Assembly (NCBI GenBank): GCA_963792585.1
Contig: CAWBWI010000004.1
Coordinates: forward strand, 192,001-256,000
DNA from: Candidatus Eiseniibacteriota bacterium
Lineage (GTDB): Bacteria; Eisenbacteria; RBG-16-71-46; CAIMUX01; VGJL01
Length of the DNA stretch: 64,000 nt
Direction of reading: 5' to 3'
This document shows, in pieces, positions 50,542-59,825 of this stretch. Both the position numbers and the translations under genes were made by a program. Position 1 is the first letter of the stretch, and every line of letters starts with the position of its first letter. The notes under the pieces were generated by a model that did not search any database, had not been told where the DNA came from, and saw nothing but the letters and a program-made list of their open reading frames with translations.

Positions 50542-52004
50542 AGGGAAAGAAGAAGCTGACCACCAACGCGGGTGCGCCCGTCGCCGACAATCAAGACATC
50601 ATGACAGCGGGTCCCCGAGGGCCGGCGTTGTTGCAGGACATCTGGTACTTGGAGAAGCTCGCCCACTTCGATCGTGAGGTGATCCCCGAGCGCCGCATGC
50701 ACGCCAAGGGCTCGGGCGCATACGGGAGCTTCACGGTCACCCATGACATCACCAAGTACACCAAGGCCAAGATCTTCTCCGAGATCGGGAAGAAGACCGA
50801 TATGTTCGTGCGATTCTCGACGGTGGCCGGTGAGCGCGGCGCGGCCGACGCCGAGCGCGACATTCGCGGCTTTGCGATGAAGTTCTATACCGAGGAAGGG
50901 AACTGGGACCTCGTCGGCAACAACACGCCGGTCTTCTTCATGCGGGATCCGCTCAAGTTTCCGGACCTGAACCACGCGGTCAAACGCGACCCGCACACGA
51001 ACCTGCGCAGTGCCCAAAACAACTGGGACTTCTGGACCTCACTTCCCGAAGCACTGCACCAGATCACGATCACCATGAGTGACCGCGGGATTCCCTATTC
51101 CTACCGGCACATGCACGGCTTCGGTAGCCATACTTTCAGCCTCATCAACGCCGAGAACGAGCGCTTCTGGGTCAAGTTCCACCTGGTCTGTCAGCAAGGC
51201 ATCAAGAACCTGACCGACGCCGAATCCGAGGCGATCATCGCCAAGGACCGCGAGAGCCACCAGCGCGATCTGCTCGAGAGCATCGAGAAGGGCGACTTCC
51301 CACGCTGGAAGATGTTCATCCAGGTGATGCCTGAGAAGGACGCGGCGAACTGCCCCTACCACCCGTTCGACTTGACCAAGGTCTGGTTCCACAAGGACTA
51401 CCCGCTGATCGAGGTGGGCGTAATGGAACTCAACCGGAATCCGGAGAACTATTTTGCCGAGGTGGAGCAGGCGGCCTTCAACCCGGCCAATATCGTCCCC
51501 GGAATCGGCTTCTCCCCGGACAAGATGTTACAGGGTCGTCTGTTTTCCTACGGGGACGCCCAGCGCTATCGGCTCGGTGTCAACCACCACCTGATTCCGG
51601 TGAACGCATCACGCTGCCCCGTCCACAGCTACCACCGCGATGGCGCGATGCGGGTCGACGGCAATCACGGCGGCACTCTTGGCTACGAGCCCAACAGCTA
51701 CGGCGAGTGGCAGCAGCAGCCCGAGTTCGCCGAACCGCCGCTCGGTCTCGAAGGGCCCGCCGATCACTGGAACTATCGCCAGGACGATGACGATTACTTC
51801 TCGCAGCCGGGGCTCCTCTTCCGACTGATGAAGGCTGAGCAGAAGAGCGCCCTGTTCGAGAACACCGCCCGGTCCCTCGGGGACGCGCCCCAGGAGGTCA
51901 AGATCCGCCACATCGGCAATTGCATGAAGGCGGACCCCGCCTACGGTGAAGGGGTGGCAAATGCCCTCCGCATCCCGTTGGCCGAGGTCCGGAAGAGCGG
52001 CTAG
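50538..52004 (+). CDS. katA: Monofunctional heme catalase
   Basis: [50 protein letters not shown]. Confidence 0.96.
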   Translation: MKGKKKLTTNAGAPVADNQDIMTAGPRGPALLQDIWYLEKLAHFDREVIPERRMHAKGSGAYGSFTVTHDITKYTKAKIFSEIGKKTDMFVRFSTVAGERGAADAERDIRGFAMKFYTEEGNWDLVGNNTPVFFMRDPLKFPDLNHAVKRDPHTNLRSAQNNWDFWTSLPEALHQITITMSDRGIPYSYRHMHGFGSHTFSLINAENERFWVKFHLVCQQGIKNLTDAESEAIIAKDRESHQRDLLESIEKGDFPRWKMFIQVMPEKDAANCPYHPFDLTKVWFHKDYPLIEVGVMELNRNPENYFAEVEQAAFNPANIVPGIGFSPDKMLQGRLFSYGDAQRYRLGVNHHLIPVNASRCPVHSYHRDGAMRVDGNHGGTLGYEPNSYGEWQQQPEFAEPPLGLEGPADHWNYRQDDDDYFSQPGLLFRLMKAEQKSALFENTARSLGDAPQEVKIRHIGNCMKADPAYGEGVANALRIPLAEVRKSG

Positions 52005-52085
52005 ACCAAAGATCTGGGCGGCACGGATAGAAGTAGGTCGATCGACACGCGGCTCCAGGGGTTCCGAATCCCCTGGAGCCGAGGC

Positions 52086-53252
52086 TTAATGGAGGCCGAT
52101 CCTCCGCTTGATCCAGTCCTTGCGCTCCCTCCCCAGGGTCTCGCGCAGGAGGACGCCGATTCGTCGTCGCGTGTCCTCTGCCGTGCGTGCGGCGCGATCC
52201 GCGACGGTATCGCGATGGACGATCAGATCGTGGCCACGCCGTTCGCGTTTGGCCAGCTTTAGCTTGTACGCACCCGACCCGCGGAGGAAGTCCAACTCCC
52301 GCGCTCCGTCCTCGATCGCCTGCTGGATACAGCGGACAACCATCTGGGCTCCGATCCCGTATTCGCTCAGCTCCGAGTCGTGGCCGAGTTGGTAGCCTTG
52401 GACGACTCCCCCACTCACGAAACCGAGGCTGATCGCGACCTCCCTGCCGTCCGCGCACATCGCCAGAAGCCAGAGTCGCCCCGTCCGAAACGCGCGACGC
52501 GCGTGAAGTCGATGGAAGAGACGGAAGCGCGGATCCGCGAAGACGCCGGGACGATCTCGCTTGTTCCAGGCACTTGCATGAAGGACCTCCAGCCGCTCCA
52601 TGAACGCATCGACCTGCGCCATCGTCGTCGGTCGTTTCACCTCGATTGCGAACGCCTTCTCGACGCGTTGCGTCCGGTAGCGGATCGTGCCGCGCGTCTT
52701 CGACCCGCATCCGGCGAGATACTGCTCGTAGGTTGACGGCAGCGGCAGGTAGGGACAGTGGGTCCTCTCCCGAACGACCAGTTCGAGGGAGCACGCGACG
52801 CGGAGGGCGGCCTCGAACGCCCGCCAGGCGGGATGATCGGCAAGCAGATCGTGCAGCTCGATCCGATCCCATTCGTTTGCGCGCGCGAGGATTTCCGCCG
52901 CGAGCGCCTGGCCGAACAGGGCCTCTTTCCCGGGAGCAACGGGCAGGACGAGGTGGTCGGGGCATAGCAAACCGTCGCCCAGCAACCGGATCGATCGAAG
53001 AATGGGACCTACCACAGTGACCTTCTCATGCGTGCGGTAGAAGGGGGCGATTCCGATCAGTTCACCCTCGTGATGGGCGAGCCCAACCAGCAGGCCCTGA
53101 TCCGTCCCATAGGTCCGAAGCCAGAGGCGCAGCCAGTCCCAACGTTGGAAGGTCCCGCCAGCCCCCCAGCCGTCCAGCCAACCGTCCCAGCGATCGCGCA
53201 AACGGTAGAACTCGGCCGGGGTTTCCAGCCAATCGAAGCGAACACCGCCCAT
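52086..53252 (-). CDS. GNAT acetyltransferase (CelD/BcsL-like)
   Basis: FQRWDWL, GIAPF, PYLPLP..YEQYL, YQLGHD, LDFLRG..YK. Confidence 0.82.
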   Translation of the reverse strand: MGGVRFDWLETPAEFYRLRDRWDGWLDGWGAGGTFQRWDWLRLWLRTYGTDQGLLVGLAHHEGELIGIAPFYRTHEKVTVVGPILRSIRLLGDGLLCPDHLVLPVAPGKEALFGQALAAEILARANEWDRIELHDLLADHPAWRAFEAALRVACSLELVVRERTHCPYLPLPSTYEQYLAGCGSKTRGTIRYRTQRVEKAFAIEVKRPTTMAQVDAFMERLEVLHASAWNKRDRPGVFADPRFRLFHRLHARRAFRTGRLWLLAMCADGREVAISLGFVSGGVVQGYQLGHDSELSEYGIGAQMVVRCIQQAIEDGARELDFLRGSGAYKLKLAKRERRGHDLIVHRDTVADRAARTAEDTRRRIGVLLRETLGRERKDWIKRRIGLH

Positions 53253-53415
53253 TTTCAGGCCCCTCGTCTCGGTAGATGAGTAACTCGCACCAAAGATTGT
53301 ACCACTCTCAGAGCCCGCGCTACGAGCGGACGTGGCGCCGGCCGCAAACTTCCCTGCCGGGCTGGCGCCCCGTTGATTGCCCGAACCCTGCCAGAATCCT
53401 CTAGAATCCGGGACG

Positions 53416-54651
53416 ATGACCACGATCAGCGTCCGCATGGCGCGTCGCCTGGCCCTGTGCCGCGCCGGCCTGCTCAAGCCGGAGTGGGCCGTTCCCCCCG
53501 ACGGGAGTGCAGGAAGTCCAAGGAGATCCCGCCCCGGGGAGAACGGCCTCCGACGCGCGGCGCACGCGGTGATCGATCGTTTCGGCTATCTACAGCTCGA
53601 CACCGTGGCTGTCGCAGGAGCCCGCAGTCACGCGATCGTCCTGATGTCCCGCCTTCCGCGCTTCAGCCCGGAACTGGGAGAGTCGCTCCTCAAACCCGGC
53701 GAACCTCTCTTCGAGTACTGGGGGCATGAGGTTTGCTGGCTACCCCTCTCCATGTACCCCGTCATGGGATGGCGCAGGAGACGCTTCCGTCATCATCCCT
53801 GGTGGGGGGACGTGATTGGCGGTCATATCGAACTGGCCGCGGAGATCATGAAGCGGGTCCGGGACGACGGCCCTCTGAAATCGAGTGACCTCGAGGGAAC
53901 GTCCGGCAAGGGGTGGTGGGATCACAAGCCGGCCAAGAGCGTCGCCGTCGCCCTCTGGTCGGCGGGACAGCTGGCGGTGAAGGAACGACGCGCCTTTCAA
54001 CGAACCTTCGACCTCGCGGAGCGGGTCATCCCGGAGGAGTTGCGCGCCTCCCCGGAACCCACGATCGATGCAGCGGTGGAAACGCTCCTTCTCAAGGCGA
54101 TCGATGGCCACGGCTGGGCACAGACCGGAACTCTGGCACGGACGTGGCGCCTACGGCTCATGAAGAACGAGATCGACGGTGCACTGAAGCGGCTGACAGA
54201 GACCGGCGCCATCGTCGCGTGCTCGATGGACTCCGGCGAGGGCGGCCGAAGCCAAGGCTGGATTCGGCCCGCCGATCTGGATCTTGCCGACAAATTGGAG
54301 AAGGTGCGTCCCGCGTCCTCGAATCCCGTTCTCCTCTCCCCTTTCGACCCCTTGCTTTGGGAACGGGACCGGGTGAGCAGGCTCTTCGGCTTCAACATGA
54401 CGATCGAGATCTTCGTCCCGCCGGCCCGCCGGACCTACGGCTACTACTGCCTCCCCGTCCTGGCCGGCGAGAGGCTGGTCGCACGCGTGGACCTGAAGGC
54501 GGATCGGAAGAGCGGCGCGCTTCGCGTGATTTCCTGTCACACCGAGCCCAAAGAGACATCTTGCTGCCCGGCCGCCGAGGGGCGCGCCCTGGCCCGAGCA
54601 GCCGTCGATCGCTATGCGGGGCAGGTTGGCCTGACGGCGCGATGGAAGTGA
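53416..54651 (+). CDS. ycaQ: YcaQ-family (HTH_42) interstrand-crosslink DNA glycosylase
   Basis: Q-phi-D motif YLQLDTV, FEYWGHE, LLSPFDPL, FGF...EIFVP..RR.YGYYCLP. Confidence 0.82.
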   Translation: MTTISVRMARRLALCRAGLLKPEWAVPPDGSAGSPRRSRPGENGLRRAAHAVIDRFGYLQLDTVAVAGARSHAIVLMSRLPRFSPELGESLLKPGEPLFEYWGHEVCWLPLSMYPVMGWRRRRFRHHPWWGDVIGGHIELAAEIMKRVRDDGPLKSSDLEGTSGKGWWDHKPAKSVAVALWSAGQLAVKERRAFQRTFDLAERVIPEELRASPEPTIDAAVETLLLKAIDGHGWAQTGTLARTWRLRLMKNEIDGALKRLTETGAIVACSMDSGEGGRSQGWIRPADLDLADKLEKVRPASSNPVLLSPFDPLLWERDRVSRLFGFNMTIEIFVPPARRTYGYYCLPVLAGERLVARVDLKADRKSGALRVISCHTEPKETSCCPAAEGRALARAAVDRYAGQVGLTARWK

Positions 54652-54705
54652 ATCCCAGGTCCCCAGATCAGCTTCGCGAGAAGGATTCCTCGCGGAGTCC
54701 GACCG

Positions 54706-55224
54706 TCACCTGCCCTTGCTTTCCAGCTCCAGGTCGAGGTTCTTGAGCTTGTCCAGCTTCTCCCGCAACTCATTCCTCTCCCGGGTCAGGTGCCTGTTCT
54801 GCTCGCCGAGAGAGAGATTGAGGGTCTCCAGGTCGCGGTTGGCGCGCCGCAGGTCGCTCTGCGCGGTCAACAACGCGAGGATGGACGGCGCCTGCCTGCT
54901 CCAGGAGCTGGTCGGATACTCCTTCTGCAGGCGTTCCAGGGTCTGGCGTGCGGGATGCGGCTCTTCCGTTTCATTCGCAGACCCCAGTTGAACGAGCGCG
55001 AGTCGGAAGAACGCCTCATCCGTAACTCCCGGCACCCCGGGCTCCGCGCAGATCGCCGCGAGCAGGTTCATGGCTCCCCTGGAATCCTCCCTGCCCAGCA
55101 ACTGCATCGCCGCAGCCAATCGGTCCGATTGCCGCTGGCTGTACGAGATCCGGACCGGCCTGCGCGTCGATGCGCATCCGGCCAGCAGAATCATCAGGAG
55201 CATGAAGGCTGTCAACTGCCTCAT
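54706..55224 (-). CDS. Lipoprotein with TPR-like helices and C-terminal coiled coil
   Basis: Lipobox LLAGC; DEAFFRLAL...YPTSSW; heptad-rich tail; ATGA overlap with the GGDEF gene. Confidence 0.75.
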   Translation of the reverse strand: MRQLTAFMLLMILLAGCASTRRPVRISYSQRQSDRLAAAMQLLGREDSRGAMNLLAAICAEPGVPGVTDEAFFRLALVQLGSANETEEPHPARQTLERLQKEYPTSSWSRQAPSILALLTAQSDLRRANRDLETLNLSLGEQNRHLTRERNELREKLDKLKNLDLELESKGR

Positions 55225-56537
55225 CGACTCGTCCTGCGCCGGTTCACCAGGTAGTTGCTTCCCGGTGATCCCTTGACGTAGTCCTTGATCTCCGCGGCCG
55301 CTTTGGCGATTTCGATCGCTGAGTCGAACTCGCCTTTCTGACAGAGTAGCACGGCGATGGAGATCGTCATGATCGGGAAGGAGCGTTGCACCCCATAGCG
55401 GTCAATGCCGTCCGTTGTCCCCTTCTCCAGGTCCTCCGGGGAGTAGTGCGCGGGGATCATCTCGCGGAAGCCCTCGATGACGCTCGTGCACACCTGCGGA
55501 ATCCGATCGGGCGCCACGATCATCACGAAGTCATCTCCTCCGACGTGACCCACGAATGCATCGCTGTCGCCGTGCTGCTTGACGACGTCGAAGATGATCT
55601 CACCTGTGCACCGGATGACGTCGTTCCCTTTGATGTATCCGTAGCGATCGTTGTACGCCTTGAAATTGTCGAGGTCGGCGTAACAGACGGCGAACGACTC
55701 CCCTGCTTGGACCTTTCTTGCAAGGACTCTCTCGATGGCGATGTTCCCGGGGAGCCTGGTGAGCGGACTGGCATCCAGGCTCAGCTGCCCCAGGATCTTG
55801 AGCCGGGCCGCCATATCGGTGAAGTTCTTCGCCAGGTCTCCGATCTCGTCGCCGGGAGGGATATGGGGATCGTGGTCGAAATCGCCCTCGGCGATTCGAT
55901 GGGTCGCCTGCTTGAGCTTGTTGAGGGCTCTTGACACCGTATAGACGAACACCCCTGCGACAGAGATGGCCAGCAGGAAACCGGTGACCGAGAGGAGGAG
56001 GGCCCAGTGGATCGTCGTTCGCTCGCGGTCATCGGCCTCTACGAGCCTTTGGTCCAGTCGATGCCGTTGACCGACAGCAACACTGTCGATGGCATCGAGC
56101 ACCGTCTGTGCTGTGGAGCGTAGCGTTTCATCGTCGCCGGCGCCGTTGTTGAAGAGTGAATCCGCCGCCGACTGATAGCCCTGGTAGAGCGTGGAAAGTC
56201 TGTCCAAATCCGGTCCCGGCTGCTGCTGCCGTATCCGATCGAGATTCTCGAGGAAATCGACGTCCCGCCGACGAAAGAGGTCCGCGAACGCCGTTTCCCC
56301 GAGGATGGCGAACTTGCCGGCGTAACGCTGCTGGGCCACGACCGATTCGCGCAGCTTCTCCGTCAGACCGATGAGGACCAGGTCGCTGCGGGCGATCTCG
56401 CGGGCGGACTCGTGCAGAGAATTGAGACCCATGAGCGCATACACCAAGGCGCCCATGGTGAAGAAGGCCATGGCCACGTAGCTGAGGATGAGTTTCTCGA
56501 CGAGGGTGAGCCTCGTCTTGCCCTGTCTGGATGTCAT
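55221..56537 (-). CDS. Two-TM sensor with HAMP and GGDEF (GGDDF) domains
   Basis: Two TM helices, DEIGDLAKNF (HAMP), SPLTRLPGN, DLDNFKAYNDRYG, GHVGGDDF. Confidence 0.88.
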   Translation of the reverse strand: MTSRQGKTRLTLVEKLILSYVAMAFFTMGALVYALMGLNSLHESAREIARSDLVLIGLTEKLRESVVAQQRYAGKFAILGETAFADLFRRRDVDFLENLDRIRQQQPGPDLDRLSTLYQGYQSAADSLFNNGAGDDETLRSTAQTVLDAIDSVAVGQRHRLDQRLVEADDRERTTIHWALLLSVTGFLLAISVAGVFVYTVSRALNKLKQATHRIAEGDFDHDPHIPPGDEIGDLAKNFTDMAARLKILGQLSLDASPLTRLPGNIAIERVLARKVQAGESFAVCYADLDNFKAYNDRYGYIKGNDVIRCTGEIIFDVVKQHGDSDAFVGHVGGDDFVMIVAPDRIPQVCTSVIEGFREMIPAHYSPEDLEKGTTDGIDRYGVQRSFPIMTISIAVLLCQKGEFDSAIEIAKAAAEIKDYVKGSPGSNYLVNRRRTSR

Positions 56538-56781
56538 GGCATTGTTGCGGGAAGGCCACATCCTTTGATGTCAATCTAGAGGGCGAGCGGGAGCGAGTCA
56601 ACCGGCGCGACGTTTCGGCATTGCGCCGACTCTCGCAACAGACCGGCGCATGAGGTCCAGATGCCTGAGATCAGAGGAGCCCGACATGAGATGCTCGGGA
56701 GGAGCCTTCTCTCGACCGGTCATACGCCTTCACGATCCGTCACCGGCTCCCGGAGTCGCCCAACCAGCGGATCGGGTCTCG

Positions 56782-56825
56782 GGTCGATGTCACCGCAGGT
56801 CGATGTCACCGCAGGTCGATGTCAC
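56782..56825 (+). repeat. 16-bp tandem repeat, 2.75 copies
   Basis: GGTCGATGTCACCGCA twice, then GGTCGATGTCAC. Confidence 0.9.
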
Positions 56826-56829
56826 ACCC

Positions 56830-56858
56830 TTCAAACCTGCCGGGAAAGTCCCTATAAT
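56830..56858 (+). promoter_or_regulatory. Sigma70-like promoter of the M14 gene
   Basis: TTCAAA (56830-56835), 17-nt spacer, TATAAT (56853-56858); GAGGAGG RBS before ATG 56913. Confidence 0.55.
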
Positions 56859-56912
56859 CGAGTGCGGGTCGAGTGAATTCGTGCCGGGATGCTCGCCTTT
56901 GAGGAGGTCGCC

Positions 56913-59633
56913 ATGCGCCGCTCTGTCCTCATGATCGGACTCATCCTTGTCCCTCTCATCCAACTTGCGGGAGTCGCGCTGGCCGCGAACGGCGACGAGG
57001 CTTACCAGCAGATCCGGGCAACGCTGACGCCGGATCACTCGCTGGCGCAGCTGCTCTCGAATCGCAACGTCCAGTTGATGGACAGAGGCGACGAGCAGCA
57101 AGTGGACGTCCTTTCCCGCCCGTCCGTCACGGAGGAGTTGGTCCGGGACGGCTGGACCATCCAAGTGATCCACCCGGATCTCGTGGCTTTCTACAGATCC
57201 CTCCAGGGCGCGGTCCTCGATTACGGTGTGTGGCACACTTACCAGGAGACGATCGACGAGTTGAACCTCCTGCATTCCCAGTACCCGAGCATCACGACCG
57301 CGCCGATCTCGCTGGGTACGACCGGCGAGGAGAGGGACATCTGGGCGATCAAGATCTCGGACAATCCGGCCGTCGAGGAAGCCGATGAGCCTGAGGTGCT
57401 CTACGACGGCGTGCATCACGCGCGTGAGATCATGACGGTCGAGATCTGCCTCTACTTCGCGCGCTACCTGTGCGAGAACTATGGCACCGACCCGGTTTCC
57501 ACTTTTCTCGTCGACAACAGGCAGATCTGGTTCGTCCCGATCATCAATCCCGACGGCTTCGCCTACAACGAGGAGACGGAACCCGAAGGCGGCGGGATGT
57601 GGAGAAAGAACCGCCGGCCCGGCCCGGGAGGCTGCTACGGCGTGGACAACAACCGGAATTACCCCTTTCAGTGGGGCGGCGACGGCTCCTCGGGCAACCC
57701 GTGCGATGAGGACTATCGGGGCGCCTCCCCGGGCAGCGAGCCCGAGAACCAGGCGCTCATGAACCTGGTGAATGCCCATCGCTTCGTGACCCACAACTCG
57801 TGGCACTCGGTCGCGGGCATGCAGTTGATCCCATGGGGCTACACGTCGGACCACACGCCCGATGATGCGCGGCTGCGCCAGATCGCCACCGAGATGTCCC
57901 GCGACAACGGCTACATCGTCGGCCAGGCGCCGGAGATCCTGTACATCGTCAGCGGCAGCACGACCGACTGGATGTACGGGGCTCAGTCCGAGCATCCAAG
58001 GGTCTTCACCTTCTCCACGGAGATCGGGGGCACGTACTTTTGGCCCGCCCAGGGTGATCGAGAAGGCCTGCTCGCGGAGAACCTCCACTCGATCATCTAC
58101 ACCACGGGGATCGCAGGCGGATTCATGGCGGCGCCGAGCCTGGTCATCGCGGGCGGCGATGGCCGCCTGGATCCGGGGGACGCGATCGACCTGCTCGCAA
58201 CGGCCCGCAATGACGGTCTCGTCGAGGTCACGGATCTTGTGGTCCGCCTGACATGTGATGATCCCTACGTCGCCATGCTCCATGCCTCGGATGAGATCGG
58301 AACGCTGGCCAGCGGCCAGGGCTGGGACAACGCCACCGATCCATTCCGTATCCAGGTCGAGCCGGGCTGCCCGATCGGTCGGAGCATTACCTTCATGCTC
58401 ATCACGGACGCCTCGGGCGGGAACCACAGTGAGACTCCGTTCACCTTCCCCGTCGGCGAACTGCCGATGATCTACGCAAACGACTTCGAGACGGCGAACG
58501 ACTGGGTGCGGGACGCATCCGACAACGCCGTTACAGGCGCATTCGCGCGCGTGGATCCCGTAACGACGGACTTCCAGCCCGGGGACGACACGACGCCGGG
58601 GTCCGGGGCGTACGCCCTGATCACCGCGCAGAACCCGAACGGACAGGAGAGCGTCGACGATGTCGACGTCGGCACCGCCGCCAGCCGATCTCCCGATTTC
58701 GATCTGAGCGGATACCCGGGCGTGCGGTTGTCCTTGAACTACTTTCACGGCCAGCGCGATGCGGGGGACGATCCGGGCGCCGACTACTTCCGCATCGATG
58801 TCTCTTCGAATGCCGGCGCGACATGGGTGAATCTCGTCCATGGCGGCGATGTCGCATCCGCCCCCACATGGCAGAACCTGACGGTCGACCTGTCGGGTCT
58901 CATCACCCTCACGAGCCAGGTCCGACTCCGTGTCCAGGCGGCGGACGGAATTCGCGCGGTGGACACCGTCGAGGGGGGGATCGACGACCTCTATCTCTAC
59001 AGCGCGGCCAGTCCCAATGAGGCACCCGGCGCGCCGACCCCGCTCGATCCCCCGAACGGCGGCGATGTCGCCTCGAGCGTCACCCTCGTCGTCGGCAACG
59101 CGGATGATCCGGAGGGAGATCCGCTAACGTACGGCTTCCGGGTCTATTCCAACGCCGACCTCACGAACCCGGTCGCCTCGGTCGGTGGAATCCCGCAGGG
59201 CGAGACGACCACGAGCTGGCAGGTCAATGCGCCCCTCGAGACCGGCGCCTACTTCTGGCGCGCGTACGCCGAGGACTCGAGGCAGCGCGGGCTGTACGGA
59301 CCGACCTGGAGCTTCTATTTCCGAGGAGTGAGCGATGTGGTCGAATCGCCTCGTGGCGACGGGACCGACGTTACGGTGACGCCGAATCCGACGAGCGCCG
59401 GGATCCGGATCCGCTACATGGTCCCGGCGACACTCACGAGCCGCCTCGCTATCTACGATCCGCAGGGACGGGTCGTGCGCGGCCTCCGGACGCCACCATC
59501 GGCGACGGGATGGCATGAAGTCGCCTGGGACGGTCTGGACGACGCCGGACGGCGCGTTCCGAGCGGAAGCTACTGGGTGCGACTGTGGACACCGGGAGTG
59601 ACGCGTACGGTCCGGGTGGTACGCATCGATTGA
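56913..59633 (+). CDS. Secreted M14 (carboxypeptidase T-like) peptidase with accessory beta domains and FlgD-Ig C-terminal domain
   Basis: Signal peptide; HHARE, NPDG, WRKNR, VDNNRNY, SEPE, SWHS; C-terminal PNP...WDGLDDAGRRVPSGSYWVRL. Confidence 0.9.
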   Translation: MRRSVLMIGLILVPLIQLAGVALAANGDEAYQQIRATLTPDHSLAQLLSNRNVQLMDRGDEQQVDVLSRPSVTEELVRDGWTIQVIHPDLVAFYRSLQGAVLDYGVWHTYQETIDELNLLHSQYPSITTAPISLGTTGEERDIWAIKISDNPAVEEADEPEVLYDGVHHAREIMTVEICLYFARYLCENYGTDPVSTFLVDNRQIWFVPIINPDGFAYNEETEPEGGGMWRKNRRPGPGGCYGVDNNRNYPFQWGGDGSSGNPCDEDYRGASPGSEPENQALMNLVNAHRFVTHNSWHSVAGMQLIPWGYTSDHTPDDARLRQIATEMSRDNGYIVGQAPEILYIVSGSTTDWMYGAQSEHPRVFTFSTEIGGTYFWPAQGDREGLLAENLHSIIYTTGIAGGFMAAPSLVIAGGDGRLDPGDAIDLLATARNDGLVEVTDLVVRLTCDDPYVAMLHASDEIGTLASGQGWDNATDPFRIQVEPGCPIGRSITFMLITDASGGNHSETPFTFPVGELPMIYANDFETANDWVRDASDNAVTGAFARVDPVTTDFQPGDDTTPGSGAYALITAQNPNGQESVDDVDVGTAASRSPDFDLSGYPGVRLSLNYFHGQRDAGDDPGADYFRIDVSSNAGATWVNLVHGGDVASAPTWQNLTVDLSGLITLTSQVRLRVQAADGIRAVDTVEGGIDDLYLYSAASPNEAPGAPTPLDPPNGGDVASSVTLVVGNADDPEGDPLTYGFRVYSNADLTNPVASVGGIPQGETTTSWQVNAPLETGAYFWRAYAEDSRQRGLYGPTWSFYFRGVSDVVESPRGDGTDVTVTPNPTSAGIRIRYMVPATLTSRLAIYDPQGRVVRGLRTPPSATGWHEVAWDGLDDAGRRVPSGSYWVRLWTPGVTRTVRVVRID

Positions 59634-59825
59634 TCGGGCACGGGCGGACCATTCCGAGAAGGTCGCTGTTCATTCAGGCGGCCTGACGGGAGCACCGAGC
59701 GGACCTCGGGACAACCGAGGCATGCCTCCGTCTTTCCCCAATTTCTCCACCGTTCCGCCGTTCAAACCAGTTATAATCAATGCGTTCCGATTCTCGAATG
59801 GTCCCAATCCCCTGGAGGAACTTCC

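Noticed and set aside
56782..56825. Possible mini-CRISPR
   Set aside because: The repeats are 16 bp, directly adjacent with no spacers, and no cas genes are present.
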